A DNA stretch of 52,209 nt from positions 1 through 52,209 of IMG/VR virus record IMGVR_UViG_3300025674_000062. One strand, 5' to 3'. The stretch's first letter is position 1, and the number at the start of each line of letters is the position of its first letter. The notes beneath the pieces were generated by a model that made no database searches, had not been told where the DNA came from, and worked only from the letters and a program-made list of their open reading frames with translations. Source of the DNA: a virus (lineage: Duplodnaviria; Caudoviricetes). Below, in pieces: positions 18,389-26,484 of this stretch. The translations under genes were made by a program, and so were the position numbers.

Positions 18389-20356
18389 ATGCCCAAATAT
18401 AAAAAGTCGCCTTATAATCCTCAGTCGGATCTATTTAAGGCTCTTACAAAATTGTTTTCTGGTCCGATTACCCAGAGAAGAACACAAACAGGTCGTCAAC
18501 TAAGAAGACGACAATTAGATAATTATGCAACAAAGTTTCAATCAGCTACTGGTGCTCAATTTAAGAAGTGGGAATACAATCCCATAAACTCTGTTACTCT
18601 TAACATGATCTCAAACAGAAACAGAGCAGAGCGCTATGTTGATTTTGATGAAATGGAATATATGCCAGAGATCGCATCTTCATTAGATATTTATGCAGAT
18701 GAGATGACAACTCACACAGCACTTCGTCCGATGCTTAACATTAAATGTGCGAACGAAGAAATAAAACACATCCTCCATAATTTATATCACAATGTTCTTA
18801 ACATTGAACACAACCTATTTGGATGGGCAAGAACAATGTGCAAGTACGGTGATTTCTTTCTTTATCTTGATATTGATGAAGATATGGGAATTCGATCTGC
18901 TATTGGTCTTCCAACCAGAGAGATCGAGCGTCTTGAGGGCGAGGACCAAAGTAATCCTAATTACGTTCAATACCAGTGGAACACAGCTGGACTAACTCTG
19001 GAGAATTGGCAAGTTGCTCACTTCAGAATCCTTGGTAATGATAAGCATGCTCCTTATGGAACGTCGGTCCTCGAACCTTGTAGACGCATTCACCGTCAAC
19101 TTATTCTTTTAGAAGATGCTATGATGGCTTATAGAATTGTACGTGCTCCTGAACGTCGGTTGTTCAAAATTGACGTTGGTGGTATTCCACCGCAAGAAGT
19201 TGAACAGTACATGCAAAAAGTTATGTCACAATTAAAAAGACACTCAGTTGTAGATCCAAATACAGGTCGTGTCGATCTACGTTATAACCCTTTATCAATT
19301 GAAGAAGATTATTATATTCCAATACGTGGAGGACAATCTTCAACAGATATCACAAGTCTTCCCGGTGCAGCTTATAATGGCGGTATTGATGATGTTAAGT
19401 ATCTCAGAGATAAATTGTTTGCTGCTTTGAAGATACCTCAGTCTTATTTGACCATGGGCGAAGGTGCTTCTGAAGACAAAACCACATTAGCTCAAAAAGA
19501 TATTAGATTTGCAAGAACAATACAAAGATTACAAAGAGTTGCAATTGCTGAATTAGAAAAGATTGGAATAATACATCTCTACACGATGGGATACAGAAAT
19601 GATGATCTATTAGCTTTCACACTTCAACTAAACAATCCGTCTAAGATTGCTGAGTTGCAAGAACTTGAACATTGGGACAAAAAGTTTTCTGTTGCTGGAA
19701 ATGCAACAGAAGGATACTTCTCAAAACGCTGGATTGCGGAACACCTTTTCGGAATGTCTGAGGATGAGTTTCTTCGTAACCAAAGAGAAATGTTCTTTGA
19801 TAAAAAATTCGCAGCAAAACTTGAAGCTGCTACTGCTGGTGGAGAAGCTAGTGAAGACGCCGGTGGTGGTGGCGGACTTTCTGGTGGACTTGGCGACCTC
19901 GGTGGTGGAGGTGACCTTGGTGGAGGTGAAGATTTAGGAGGTGACCTTGGCGGTGACCTTGGCGGTGGAGACACCGGTGGAGGAGATGTCGGCGGCGACG
20001 AAGGGGGTGATACCGATCTGCTCGCCGAACCCTCTGCGAAACGTGATGATTCACCTTCATATGTTGATATTCCAAGAAAGGTTGGATTTAACAATCCCGA
20101 CACAAGACGAGGTCCATACAAAAGGCACCAATCTTCTTATGATAAAGGCGGTATGAAAAAGTCTATGCTCGGCTCCACAGGAATTGAGGCAGCAAGATCT
20201 ACAGGTCGTAACATTTATAAAGGCTATGTTGGAAATGAATTTTCTGTTTCCCAAGCAGCTGGTGGCTATTTAGAAGAAGAACAAAAACTAGAAACAGTAT
20301 CTCGCGAAGTCGAGATGCTTATTGAATCATTAAACAAAAAGGAATCAATAGAATGA
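18389..20356 (+). CDS. portal protein (T4 gp20-like) with Gly-rich C-terminal extension
   Basis: QLILLEDAMMAYRIVRAPERRLFKIDVG, EEDYYIP, DDVKYLRDKLFAALKIP, DIRFARTIQRLQ; follows the terminase. Confidence 0.93.
   Translation: MPKYKKSPYNPQSDLFKALTKLFSGPITQRRTQTGRQLRRRQLDNYATKFQSATGAQFKKWEYNPINSVTLNMISNRNRAERYVDFDEMEYMPEIASSLDIYADEMTTHTALRPMLNIKCANEEIKHILHNLYHNVLNIEHNLFGWARTMCKYGDFFLYLDIDEDMGIRSAIGLPTREIERLEGEDQSNPNYVQYQWNTAGLTLENWQVAHFRILGNDKHAPYGTSVLEPCRRIHRQLILLEDAMMAYRIVRAPERRLFKIDVGGIPPQEVEQYMQKVMSQLKRHSVVDPNTGRVDLRYNPLSIEEDYYIPIRGGQSSTDITSLPGAAYNGGIDDVKYLRDKLFAALKIPQSYLTMGEGASEDKTTLAQKDIRFARTIQRLQRVAIAELEKIGIIHLYTMGYRNDDLLAFTLQLNNPSKIAELQELEHWDKKFSVAGNATEGYFSKRWIAEHLFGMSEDEFLRNQREMFFDKKFAAKLEAATAGGEASEDAGGGGGLSGGLGDLGGGGDLGGGEDLGGDLGGDLGGGDTGGGDVGGDEGGDTDLLAEPSAKRDDSPSYVDIPRKVGFNNPDTRRGPYKRHQSSYDKGGMKKSMLGSTGIEAARSTGRNIYKGYVGNEFSVSQAAGGYLEEEQKLETVSREVEMLIESLNKKESIE
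19838..20010 (+). repeat. Gly/Asp low-complexity repeat (GGDL)n within portal
   Basis: GGGGGLSGGLGDLGGGGDLGGGEDLGGDLGGDLGGGDTGGGDVGGDEGGD; repeated GGTGACCTTGG at the DNA level. Confidence 0.85.
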
Positions 20357-20718
20357 AAATAACAAACAAACAACTAAAACAAATAATAAAAGAAGAACTT
20401 GATAATACACTTCAAGAAATGCAAGTGGGCTTAGGGCTTCCTCATGAATTTACAGATGAGGAATTAATCCAACACGCATCTGAATTTCTGAATACAGTTT
20501 ATGTTCCAGAAAGAACCGGAAGGATTTGGAGCAACGAGGATAATATAAAAGCTTTAGGATTATATAAGATTTTAGGAAACAGGGTGAGAGAAGCAGGTGT
20601 TTTCAATAATGATCCGACTGATGCAGATAAAGATGCGGCAAAAAGAAAACAGTGGGAACTTAGACGGTTACGTAGCGAACTACAGAATATTATATCCCGA
20701 GAGTTTTTAGATATTTAA
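20353..20718 (+). CDS. leader-family protein 7
   Basis: MKITNKQLKQIIKEELDNTLQE; ATGA overlap with the portal stop. Confidence 0.75.
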   Translation: MKITNKQLKQIIKEELDNTLQEMQVGLGLPHEFTDEELIQHASEFLNTVYVPERTGRIWSNEDNIKALGLYKILGNRVREAGVFNNDPTDADKDAAKRKQWELRRLRSELQNIISREFLDI

Positions 20719-20731
20719 CAAGGAGAAGCAA

Positions 20732-21526
20732 ATGAAACATAATAAGAAAAGAAATACCGCTTTTCTTTACGAATGCCTAATCAAAGAAATGACCAAGGCC
20801 GTTGTAAGAGGAGAGCTCAAAAAGAAACAACAAATTGTTGAGACGCTTAAAAGATTTTTCTCAAAAGGAAAACCTCTTTACAACGATCTCCAATTGTACA
20901 AACAACTAATGGAACCTCAAAAGCTTGAGGAATCTCTTGGACTTCGTTATATGAAAGAAGTAAAAGAAGACTGGGAAGCTTTAGATAGAAAAGAAATCTT
21001 TAACGAGCAAACCAATCTAATCAAAGAATTCAATCAAAATCTTCCAGAGGCATTTGGAAACTTTATTCCTAACTATAAATCAATTGCAACCGTGGGCCAA
21101 TATTTCCATTCTAGTGGCCTTAAAGCAAAGACTCGCCTATTGATAGAGGAAAAGGTAAAAGGACTTGTTATTTCGCATCCTCAAGCGATTAAAGAGGATA
21201 AAATGAAGCCTCTTGACAACCTTACATACAATACATTCGTTTCTAAATTTAATGACACATATAAAGAAACTTTGCTAAAAGAACAAAGAGAATTGTTGAC
21301 CAATTTCATTACGTCATTCTCCGACAATGGTTTAGGGCTCAAGATGTTCATGAACGAAGAGCTTGGAAGATTGAAAGAAGAATGCGATCAACTTAGTGAA
21401 GGCAAGTGGGCCGATAAGATAAAACTAATTAAAGAAAAGATTGAAGGGTTTAAAACAAAACCTTTAACCGAGGAAGTTGTGAAAGATGTGTTTCATATTC
21501 AACAATTATTAGCGGAGATCAAATAA
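20732..21526 (+). CDS. hypothetical helical protein, possible prohead core component
   Basis: Lies between portal and protease (position of T4 core genes); AAGGAG RBS. Confidence 0.5.
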   Translation: MKHNKKRNTAFLYECLIKEMTKAVVRGELKKKQQIVETLKRFFSKGKPLYNDLQLYKQLMEPQKLEESLGLRYMKEVKEDWEALDRKEIFNEQTNLIKEFNQNLPEAFGNFIPNYKSIATVGQYFHSSGLKAKTRLLIEEKVKGLVISHPQAIKEDKMKPLDNLTYNTFVSKFNDTYKETLLKEQRELLTNFITSFSDNGLGLKMFMNEELGRLKEECDQLSEGKWADKIKLIKEKIEGFKTKPLTEEVVKDVFHIQQLLAEIK

Positions 21527-22210
21527 ATGTATAGACCACCACAAGATATTATCACAGACATATTAAAAGAAGATATTGGTATCGATATACAAACCCCAAC
21601 AGGTATCAACATCCAAACTGAACCAGAAGAACGAGACTTGGATATTAAAATTCAAGGAGATAGAGATATCCATTTCACTGATCCTGGGATTGGAATAAAA
21701 ATTGTAAACCCAAACGAAAGAACAACAAAATTTGAAATGAACATTCGCAAAGCTCTTAATGGAGATCTTCTTGTGTTTGATCATGCTGACATTGACATTG
21801 TTCTCATGGTTGAGAAAAAGAAGTTGGTTGCATTTCCAAAAGACCTAATGTCAGAAGTCGTTTATGGTGCAGAAGCACGTTTGATGGAATGGATGAGAAA
21901 GAACGGTATTATTGAGTACGATTCAATCCAAGGTGGTAACGTTTATGGTTCTCTCGAAGGAAAGATTCACGAATCAAAAGAAAGAGATTCAATCAAGTCA
22001 ACCATCTATCAATTGTCCGAGTGGATAAAGTCCGAAGCTCCATCATCAAAAATGAAGAAAGGTCACGATGATATGATGCAAGATGCTCAATTGAAACCTG
22101 ACGAAGAAAACCATACAGAGCTAGGCGAAGTGCCTCATGCAGAAGAGAAGGGTTCTATTTTACAACATAATCTATTTGCGCCTTATCTGTATGGACGTTA
22201 CACTTACTAG
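21527..22210 (+). CDS. hypothetical protein (head module)
   Basis: Abuts the upstream stop, GGAG RBS, 227 aa. Confidence 0.55.
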   Translation: MYRPPQDIITDILKEDIGIDIQTPTGINIQTEPEERDLDIKIQGDRDIHFTDPGIGIKIVNPNERTTKFEMNIRKALNGDLLVFDHADIDIVLMVEKKKLVAFPKDLMSEVVYGAEARLMEWMRKNGIIEYDSIQGGNVYGSLEGKIHESKERDSIKSTIYQLSEWIKSEAPSSKMKKGHDDMMQDAQLKPDEENHTELGEVPHAEEKGSILQHNLFAPYLYGRYTY

Positions 22211-22217
22211 GAGTCTA

Positions 22218-22532
22218 ATGCTTAACTTTATACTCGCCGCTTATGGCTTGACTTTCATTCTTATTCACGGCAAGATCTTTGAAGACATCCGACCACCAAA
22301 AGATTACACAAAGAAATGGAACACACTTTTCCACTGCCCTTTGTGTATGGGCTTCTGGGTTGGTTGTTTTTTATTTTGCATTAACCGTTGGACAGAACTA
22401 TTTACATTTGATTACACAACCGCCAATTTCTTTATTTGCGGTTGGATTTCTGCTGGAACATCATATCTGATTTCTATGTTGGTTGATGACTTCGGCTTTC
22501 GCATTTCAAAAATTGGAGATAAAGATGAATAA
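22218..22532 (+). CDS. small membrane protein with CxxC (DUF1360-like)
   Basis: AGGAG before ATG 22218; hydrophobic helices; LFHCPLCMGFWVG. Confidence 0.55.
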   Translation: MLNFILAAYGLTFILIHGKIFEDIRPPKDYTKKWNTLFHCPLCMGFWVGCFLFCINRWTELFTFDYTTANFFICGWISAGTSYLISMLVDDFGFRISKIGDKDE

Positions 22533-22578
22533 AAAATGGATGCTACAACCAGTTCGTCGTTGCTGTTCAGGCAGCTGA
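22525..22578 (+). CDS. 17-aa Cys-containing peptide MNKKWMLQPVRRCCSGS
   Basis: GGAG RBS at about 22515; overlaps the upstream stop; ends in TGA followed by a GC hairpin. Confidence 0.4.
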   Translation: MNKKWMLQPVRRCCSGS

Positions 22579-22615
22579 CTCAAGCGGGTTGCGCCCGCAT
22601 TTTATGGAGAAAGAA

Positions 22616-23335
22616 ATGAAAATAACAAATAAACAATTAAGACAAATCATAAAGGAAGAGCTCAATCGTGTTTTAAGAGAAAACATGGGTTTAAAAATGT
22701 TTGTCCTCGTTGGTCCACCATCTGTTGGTAAATCAACTTGGATTAATAAAACTTTTGGACAAAATAGACCTTACGTCATCAATAGAGATGATATAGTTGA
22801 AGATGTTGCCTCAGAATATGGTTGGACATATGACGACATGTTTGCAACACCACCACAGGACGCAGAAATTGGCAGTGTTGACCAAAAATACGGTGAAGTA
22901 CAGAAACCACCAAGTTGGATGACTTGGGCAAAATCAGTGTTTTCAACTGTTATGGAAGCAAATGGGAAAGTTCATAACTTGTTTACACAGAGAGTAGCAG
23001 GTGCCGTAGATAGTGGTCAAGACATTGTAGTTGATATGACTAATATGAACAAGAGAGCCAGATCTGGTGCTTTAAAAGCAATTGAAGGTTCAGAAGATCA
23101 ATATGAAAAAATTGCTGTTGTTTTTGAATCTAAAGGAGCTGAAGAATTTATTAAAGCCGTTGCTCAAAAAAGAGCTGAGGCTGCTGCAAGAATGGGTAAA
23201 TCTAAAACAATCCCTCCTGCTGTTTTTGATAGAATGTTTGCATCATTTGAAGATGTAAGTATGGATGAAGGGTTTGATGAAATAGTGAGTGTGGATAATA
23301 GACAATTACTACAACAACTAGCTAGTGAGATGTAA
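22616..23335 (+). CDS. leader-family protein 8: P-loop kinase (AAA_33 / polynucleotide-kinase-like)
   Basis: Leader MKITNKQLRQIIKEELNRVLRE; VLVGPPSVGKST, INRDDI, IVVDMTN, R...R lid, IPPAVFDRM; GGAG before ATG 22616. Confidence 0.8.
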   Translation: MKITNKQLRQIIKEELNRVLRENMGLKMFVLVGPPSVGKSTWINKTFGQNRPYVINRDDIVEDVASEYGWTYDDMFATPPQDAEIGSVDQKYGEVQKPPSWMTWAKSVFSTVMEANGKVHNLFTQRVAGAVDSGQDIVVDMTNMNKRARSGALKAIEGSEDQYEKIAVVFESKGAEEFIKAVAQKRAEAAARMGKSKTIPPAVFDRMFASFEDVSMDEGFDEIVSVDNRQLLQQLASEM

Positions 23336-23336
23336 A

Positions 23337-23966
23337 ATGAGTAAACAATTATTAACAGAATTTTTTGAACTATGTCCCGATGGACGTTGCCTTGATCGTC
23401 TGAGCGAATCTCAAAAACGTGAGGTAATCCAAGAGGGGGCTGTTTATCTTGTTGGTCGTATTCAAACTGCTGACAAAAAGAACGGAAACGGACGTGTTTA
23501 TCCCGAGAAAGTTCTAAAGAAAGAAATACAAAATTATCAAAAAATCATAAGAGATAACAGAGCCACAGGCGAACTAGATCATCCGGATGATTCTGTTATA
23601 AACTTAAAGAATGTTTCACACATGATTACCGAATGTTGGTGGGAAGGAAAAGATGTCATGGGCAAGATCAAAGTTCTTGACACACCATCTGGTCGTATTC
23701 TCAAAGATCTAATCAATGCTGGTGTAAAACTTGGTATTTCTTCTCGAGGACTTGGTTCTGTTAAAGAATCAATGGGTAACACAGTAGTTGAAGAAGACTT
23801 CCAATTAATTTGTTTTGACATTGTAGCAGAACCTTCAACACCAGAAGCTTATGTTGCTCCTCGTGGATCTACATCTGGAATAAACAGAGGCGCAGTTAAA
23901 TTTAAAATAGCTGAGGGTAAAGAAAACAATATTGACCAACTATTTAATAAGATCTTGAGGGACTAA
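23337..23966 (+). CDS. prohead maturation protease (T4 gp21-like)
   Basis: NGNGRVYP, GELDHP, VSH, LDTPSG, GISSRGLGS, FDIVAEPS. Confidence 0.93.
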   Translation: MSKQLLTEFFELCPDGRCLDRLSESQKREVIQEGAVYLVGRIQTADKKNGNGRVYPEKVLKKEIQNYQKIIRDNRATGELDHPDDSVINLKNVSHMITECWWEGKDVMGKIKVLDTPSGRILKDLINAGVKLGISSRGLGSVKESMGNTVVEEDFQLICFDIVAEPSTPEAYVAPRGSTSGINRGAVKFKIAEGKENNIDQLFNKILRD

Positions 23967-24385
23967 TGAAAAAGCAAGAATTAAAAAAAATTTTAAAACC
24001 ATTAATAAAAGAGTGCATTAAAGAAGTAATATTCGAAGATGGCACTCTTTCATCAATTATAAGTGAAGTTGTCAAAGGTGTTGGAGAACCTATTGTTGAA
24101 ACAAAGCAAAGATTCCCAAAAAAACCACAACCTCAATATGAAACAGACGAACAAGCAAAAGCAAGATTAGCAAACCAAAGAAAGAAAATGATGGATGCTA
24201 TTGGTAAAGATGCTTACAATGGTGTTAATCTTTTTGAAGGAACCACACCAGCACCTGCTCCACAACAAACTGGGCAAGGTGCTTTATCTGATGTTGATCC
24301 AAATGACCCAGGTGTTGACATCTCATCATTTATGGGCAAGTCTTCCCTTATATGGGAAAAAATGGCAGGTAAAGATGGCAAATAA
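23966..24385 (+). CDS. hypothetical protein with leader-like N-terminus
   Basis: MKKQELKKILKPLIKECIKEVIFE, related to the leader family; follows the protease. Confidence 0.55.
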   Translation: MKKQELKKILKPLIKECIKEVIFEDGTLSSIISEVVKGVGEPIVETKQRFPKKPQPQYETDEQAKARLANQRKKMMDAIGKDAYNGVNLFEGTTPAPAPQQTGQGALSDVDPNDPGVDISSFMGKSSLIWEKMAGKDGK

Positions 24386-24581
24386 TTACACATATAGAGT
24401 AAAGAAGAAAGATAATATCGAAAGAGTTATCAAGCGTTTCATTAAGAAATGCAAAAAACTTGGAATTATTGACGAGATAAAAGATCGTCAACATTACACA
24501 AAACCTTCAGAAAAGAAACGAAGAGCTAAAGAAAGAGCAATTCGTCGAAGAAAGAAAGAAGAAAGAAAACGTAAAAAATAG
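24375..24581 (+). CDS. rpsU: phage-encoded ribosomal protein bS21
   Basis: NIERVIKRFIKKCKKLGIIDEIKDRQHYTKPSEKKRRAKERAIRR matches the bS21 pattern; true start ATG 24375 (68 aa). Confidence 0.88.
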   Translation: MANNYTYRVKKKDNIERVIKRFIKKCKKLGIIDEIKDRQHYTKPSEKKRRAKERAIRRRKKEERKRKK

Positions 24582-24608
24582 ACTATTTACAATAGTTTTG
24601 GAGAAAGA

Positions 24609-24962
24609 ATGTCGGACAATATTTATACAGCAGGTTTAGGAAACGTAGGCTCATATCAAGTAGCAGGAACCCCATATTTAACAGGTTCTTCTCTTGATAA
24701 TGAAGAAATATCTTTTAGTTTCCCAACGGTTACAAAAAAGATTGTAATTGAAAATACAGGAAGTAATCCAGTAAATTTCTATTTCTCAGGATCTTCTACA
24801 AAACCTTTTACACTTCCAAATGACAAGAAAGTTGAAATCGATGTAAAGTGTGTTCAGATATTTGTATCGTCCTCTGCTGCTTCTGGTGTTCAGTTGTTTG
24901 CAGAACTAACAAACATCCCAACAGGAAGAATGTATTCTCTTGATGGCTTGGAGGGTGTGTAA
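24609..24962 (+). CDS. small beta-rich structural protein, paralog A
   Basis: AGLGNVGSYQVAGTPY...FPTVTKKI...AELTNIPTGRM; ACTATTTA at 24582-24589. Confidence 0.6.
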   Translation: MSDNIYTAGLGNVGSYQVAGTPYLTGSSLDNEEISFSFPTVTKKIVIENTGSNPVNFYFSGSSTKPFTLPNDKKVEIDVKCVQIFVSSSAASGVQLFAELTNIPTGRMYSLDGLEGV

Positions 24963-25321
24963 TGAGCAATATTTATTCAACTGGTCTTCATCATGTCGGA
25001 GCTTATCAAGTTGCTGGTCGTCCTTATTGTGCGACAGGATCAGCAAATGGAGAAGACGAAATTACTTTTCCTAAAGTAACAAAACAAATTGTGGTATTGA
25101 ATACGGATTCTGCTGATGATTTGTATGTTTATTTTTCTTCATCCGCTCCTGATGGAAATAAATACAAGATTGCTTATGGCGAACAACAGACTTTTAACGT
25201 TAAATGTAAGCAAGTTTATCTAAGCGGTAGTTCTGGTAGCGATTATTCACTCTATGCTTCTTTGACCCATATTGACAAGAATAGAATGTATGCCCTTACG
25301 GGTTCTGGAATTTCGGAGTAA
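24962..25321 (+). CDS. small beta-rich structural protein, paralog B
   Basis: TGLHHVGAYQVAGRPY...FPKVTKQI...ASLTHIDKNRM. Confidence 0.6.
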   Translation: MSNIYSTGLHHVGAYQVAGRPYCATGSANGEDEITFPKVTKQIVVLNTDSADDLYVYFSSSAPDGNKYKIAYGEQQTFNVKCKQVYLSGSSGSDYSLYASLTHIDKNRMYALTGSGISE

Positions 25322-25323
25322 GA

Positions 25324-26484
25324 ATGAGTGATAATTTTAAACACACAGCAGGATTACAAAATGTAGGTTCTTATCAGGTTTCTGGTAAGCCGTTTGTTAC
25401 GGCTTCAACTGTAACTGATGGTTCTGAACAACAGATTCAATTTCCTGAGGTTTCGAATAATATAACGGTTAAATTGGATTCGGCTGGTGGGCAAGAAGTA
25501 AGCATACTCCAGGTTCAAGATGATTATGCTTTGCAAAACGGTAATTCTTTTAGTTCCGAAATTCTTTACTCTGAAGGAGTTACTTTATCTTATTGGTTTA
25601 AAACACCTTCATCAATGACTAGATCTTCTACCCAAACTGTTACTTATGCTTTTCCGCTAAATCCACAACCGCAACAAGGTTACCAAATAAGAATATTTAC
25701 AAACTCTACTTTACAAGTAAGATTTGCGTTTTATAGTAGCCCCAGTGATGCTTTCAATGTAAACAGAGAATTTGTGGATATTAACTCTTCAGTTGTTTTG
25801 CAAGCTGATACTGTTTATAACGTTGTCTTAGTAACAAGTGGAGGAGCAGCAAGTTCGCACTCAAATGATTCATTTCATTTTTATTTAAATGCGGTTTCTC
25901 AAGGTTCAGGTAGCCCAGCTAATTCTAGTTACGCTCGCGGAGAATTTAAAACAATACAGATTAATACACCAAGCTCAAGTCCACAGTTTAGTCCTATTAG
26001 TTATGCCATTTGGCGTGTTGCTTTAAATCCTTCAGATGTTTCTTCTTTGTATAATAACGGTAATTATGTCGATCCTACATCAGTTAGAAACTCAGATATA
26101 GCATTATTATGGAATTTTGATGAAAATGACTCTTCTTCTCCATCAACAGAAATTAAAGTAATTGACGAAATACAATCTTACCCTCTTATAGATAATAATC
26201 TAGACGGAGGAGAAATATATAATTTTAGTACACACACCTTTGGTGGCTCCGGAGGAGAACTAAGAGTTCACTTTAGATCAACAGGGTCTCTACCAAACGT
26301 TGAAACAAACAAGCACTATTGGACACTTGATTCCCAAAACGAATCAATAACAATGAATGTAAAATCAAAGGAACTATACCTTTCAGCAGACGGAGGAGAT
26401 TGCGATTATTCCGTCGAGGCAGAATTGACAAACATTCCAAGTTCAAGAATGTTTCAACACACAGGATCGGGAGTTGATGAATAA
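25324..26484 (+). CDS. paralog C with inserted LamG/ConA-like lectin domain
   Basis: Same N- and C-terminal motifs as A and B; central TLSYWFK, YNVVLV, FYLNA, IWRVALNPSDVSSLYN, LWNFDE. Confidence 0.65.
   Translation: MSDNFKHTAGLQNVGSYQVSGKPFVTASTVTDGSEQQIQFPEVSNNITVKLDSAGGQEVSILQVQDDYALQNGNSFSSEILYSEGVTLSYWFKTPSSMTRSSTQTVTYAFPLNPQPQQGYQIRIFTNSTLQVRFAFYSSPSDAFNVNREFVDINSSVVLQADTVYNVVLVTSGGAASSHSNDSFHFYLNAVSQGSGSPANSSYARGEFKTIQINTPSSSPQFSPISYAIWRVALNPSDVSSLYNNGNYVDPTSVRNSDIALLWNFDENDSSSPSTEIKVIDEIQSYPLIDNNLDGGEIYNFSTHTFGGSGGELRVHFRSTGSLPNVETNKHYWTLDSQNESITMNVKSKELYLSADGGDCDYSVEAELTNIPSSRMFQHTGSGVDE

Noticed and set aside
6604-22680. Leader-coding repeats as a CRISPR array, DGR template/variable repeats or integron attC sites
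   Set aside because: Copies are dispersed, in frame at gene starts and differ at synonymous positions; there is no spacer pattern, palindromic core, reverse transcriptase or integrase in the window
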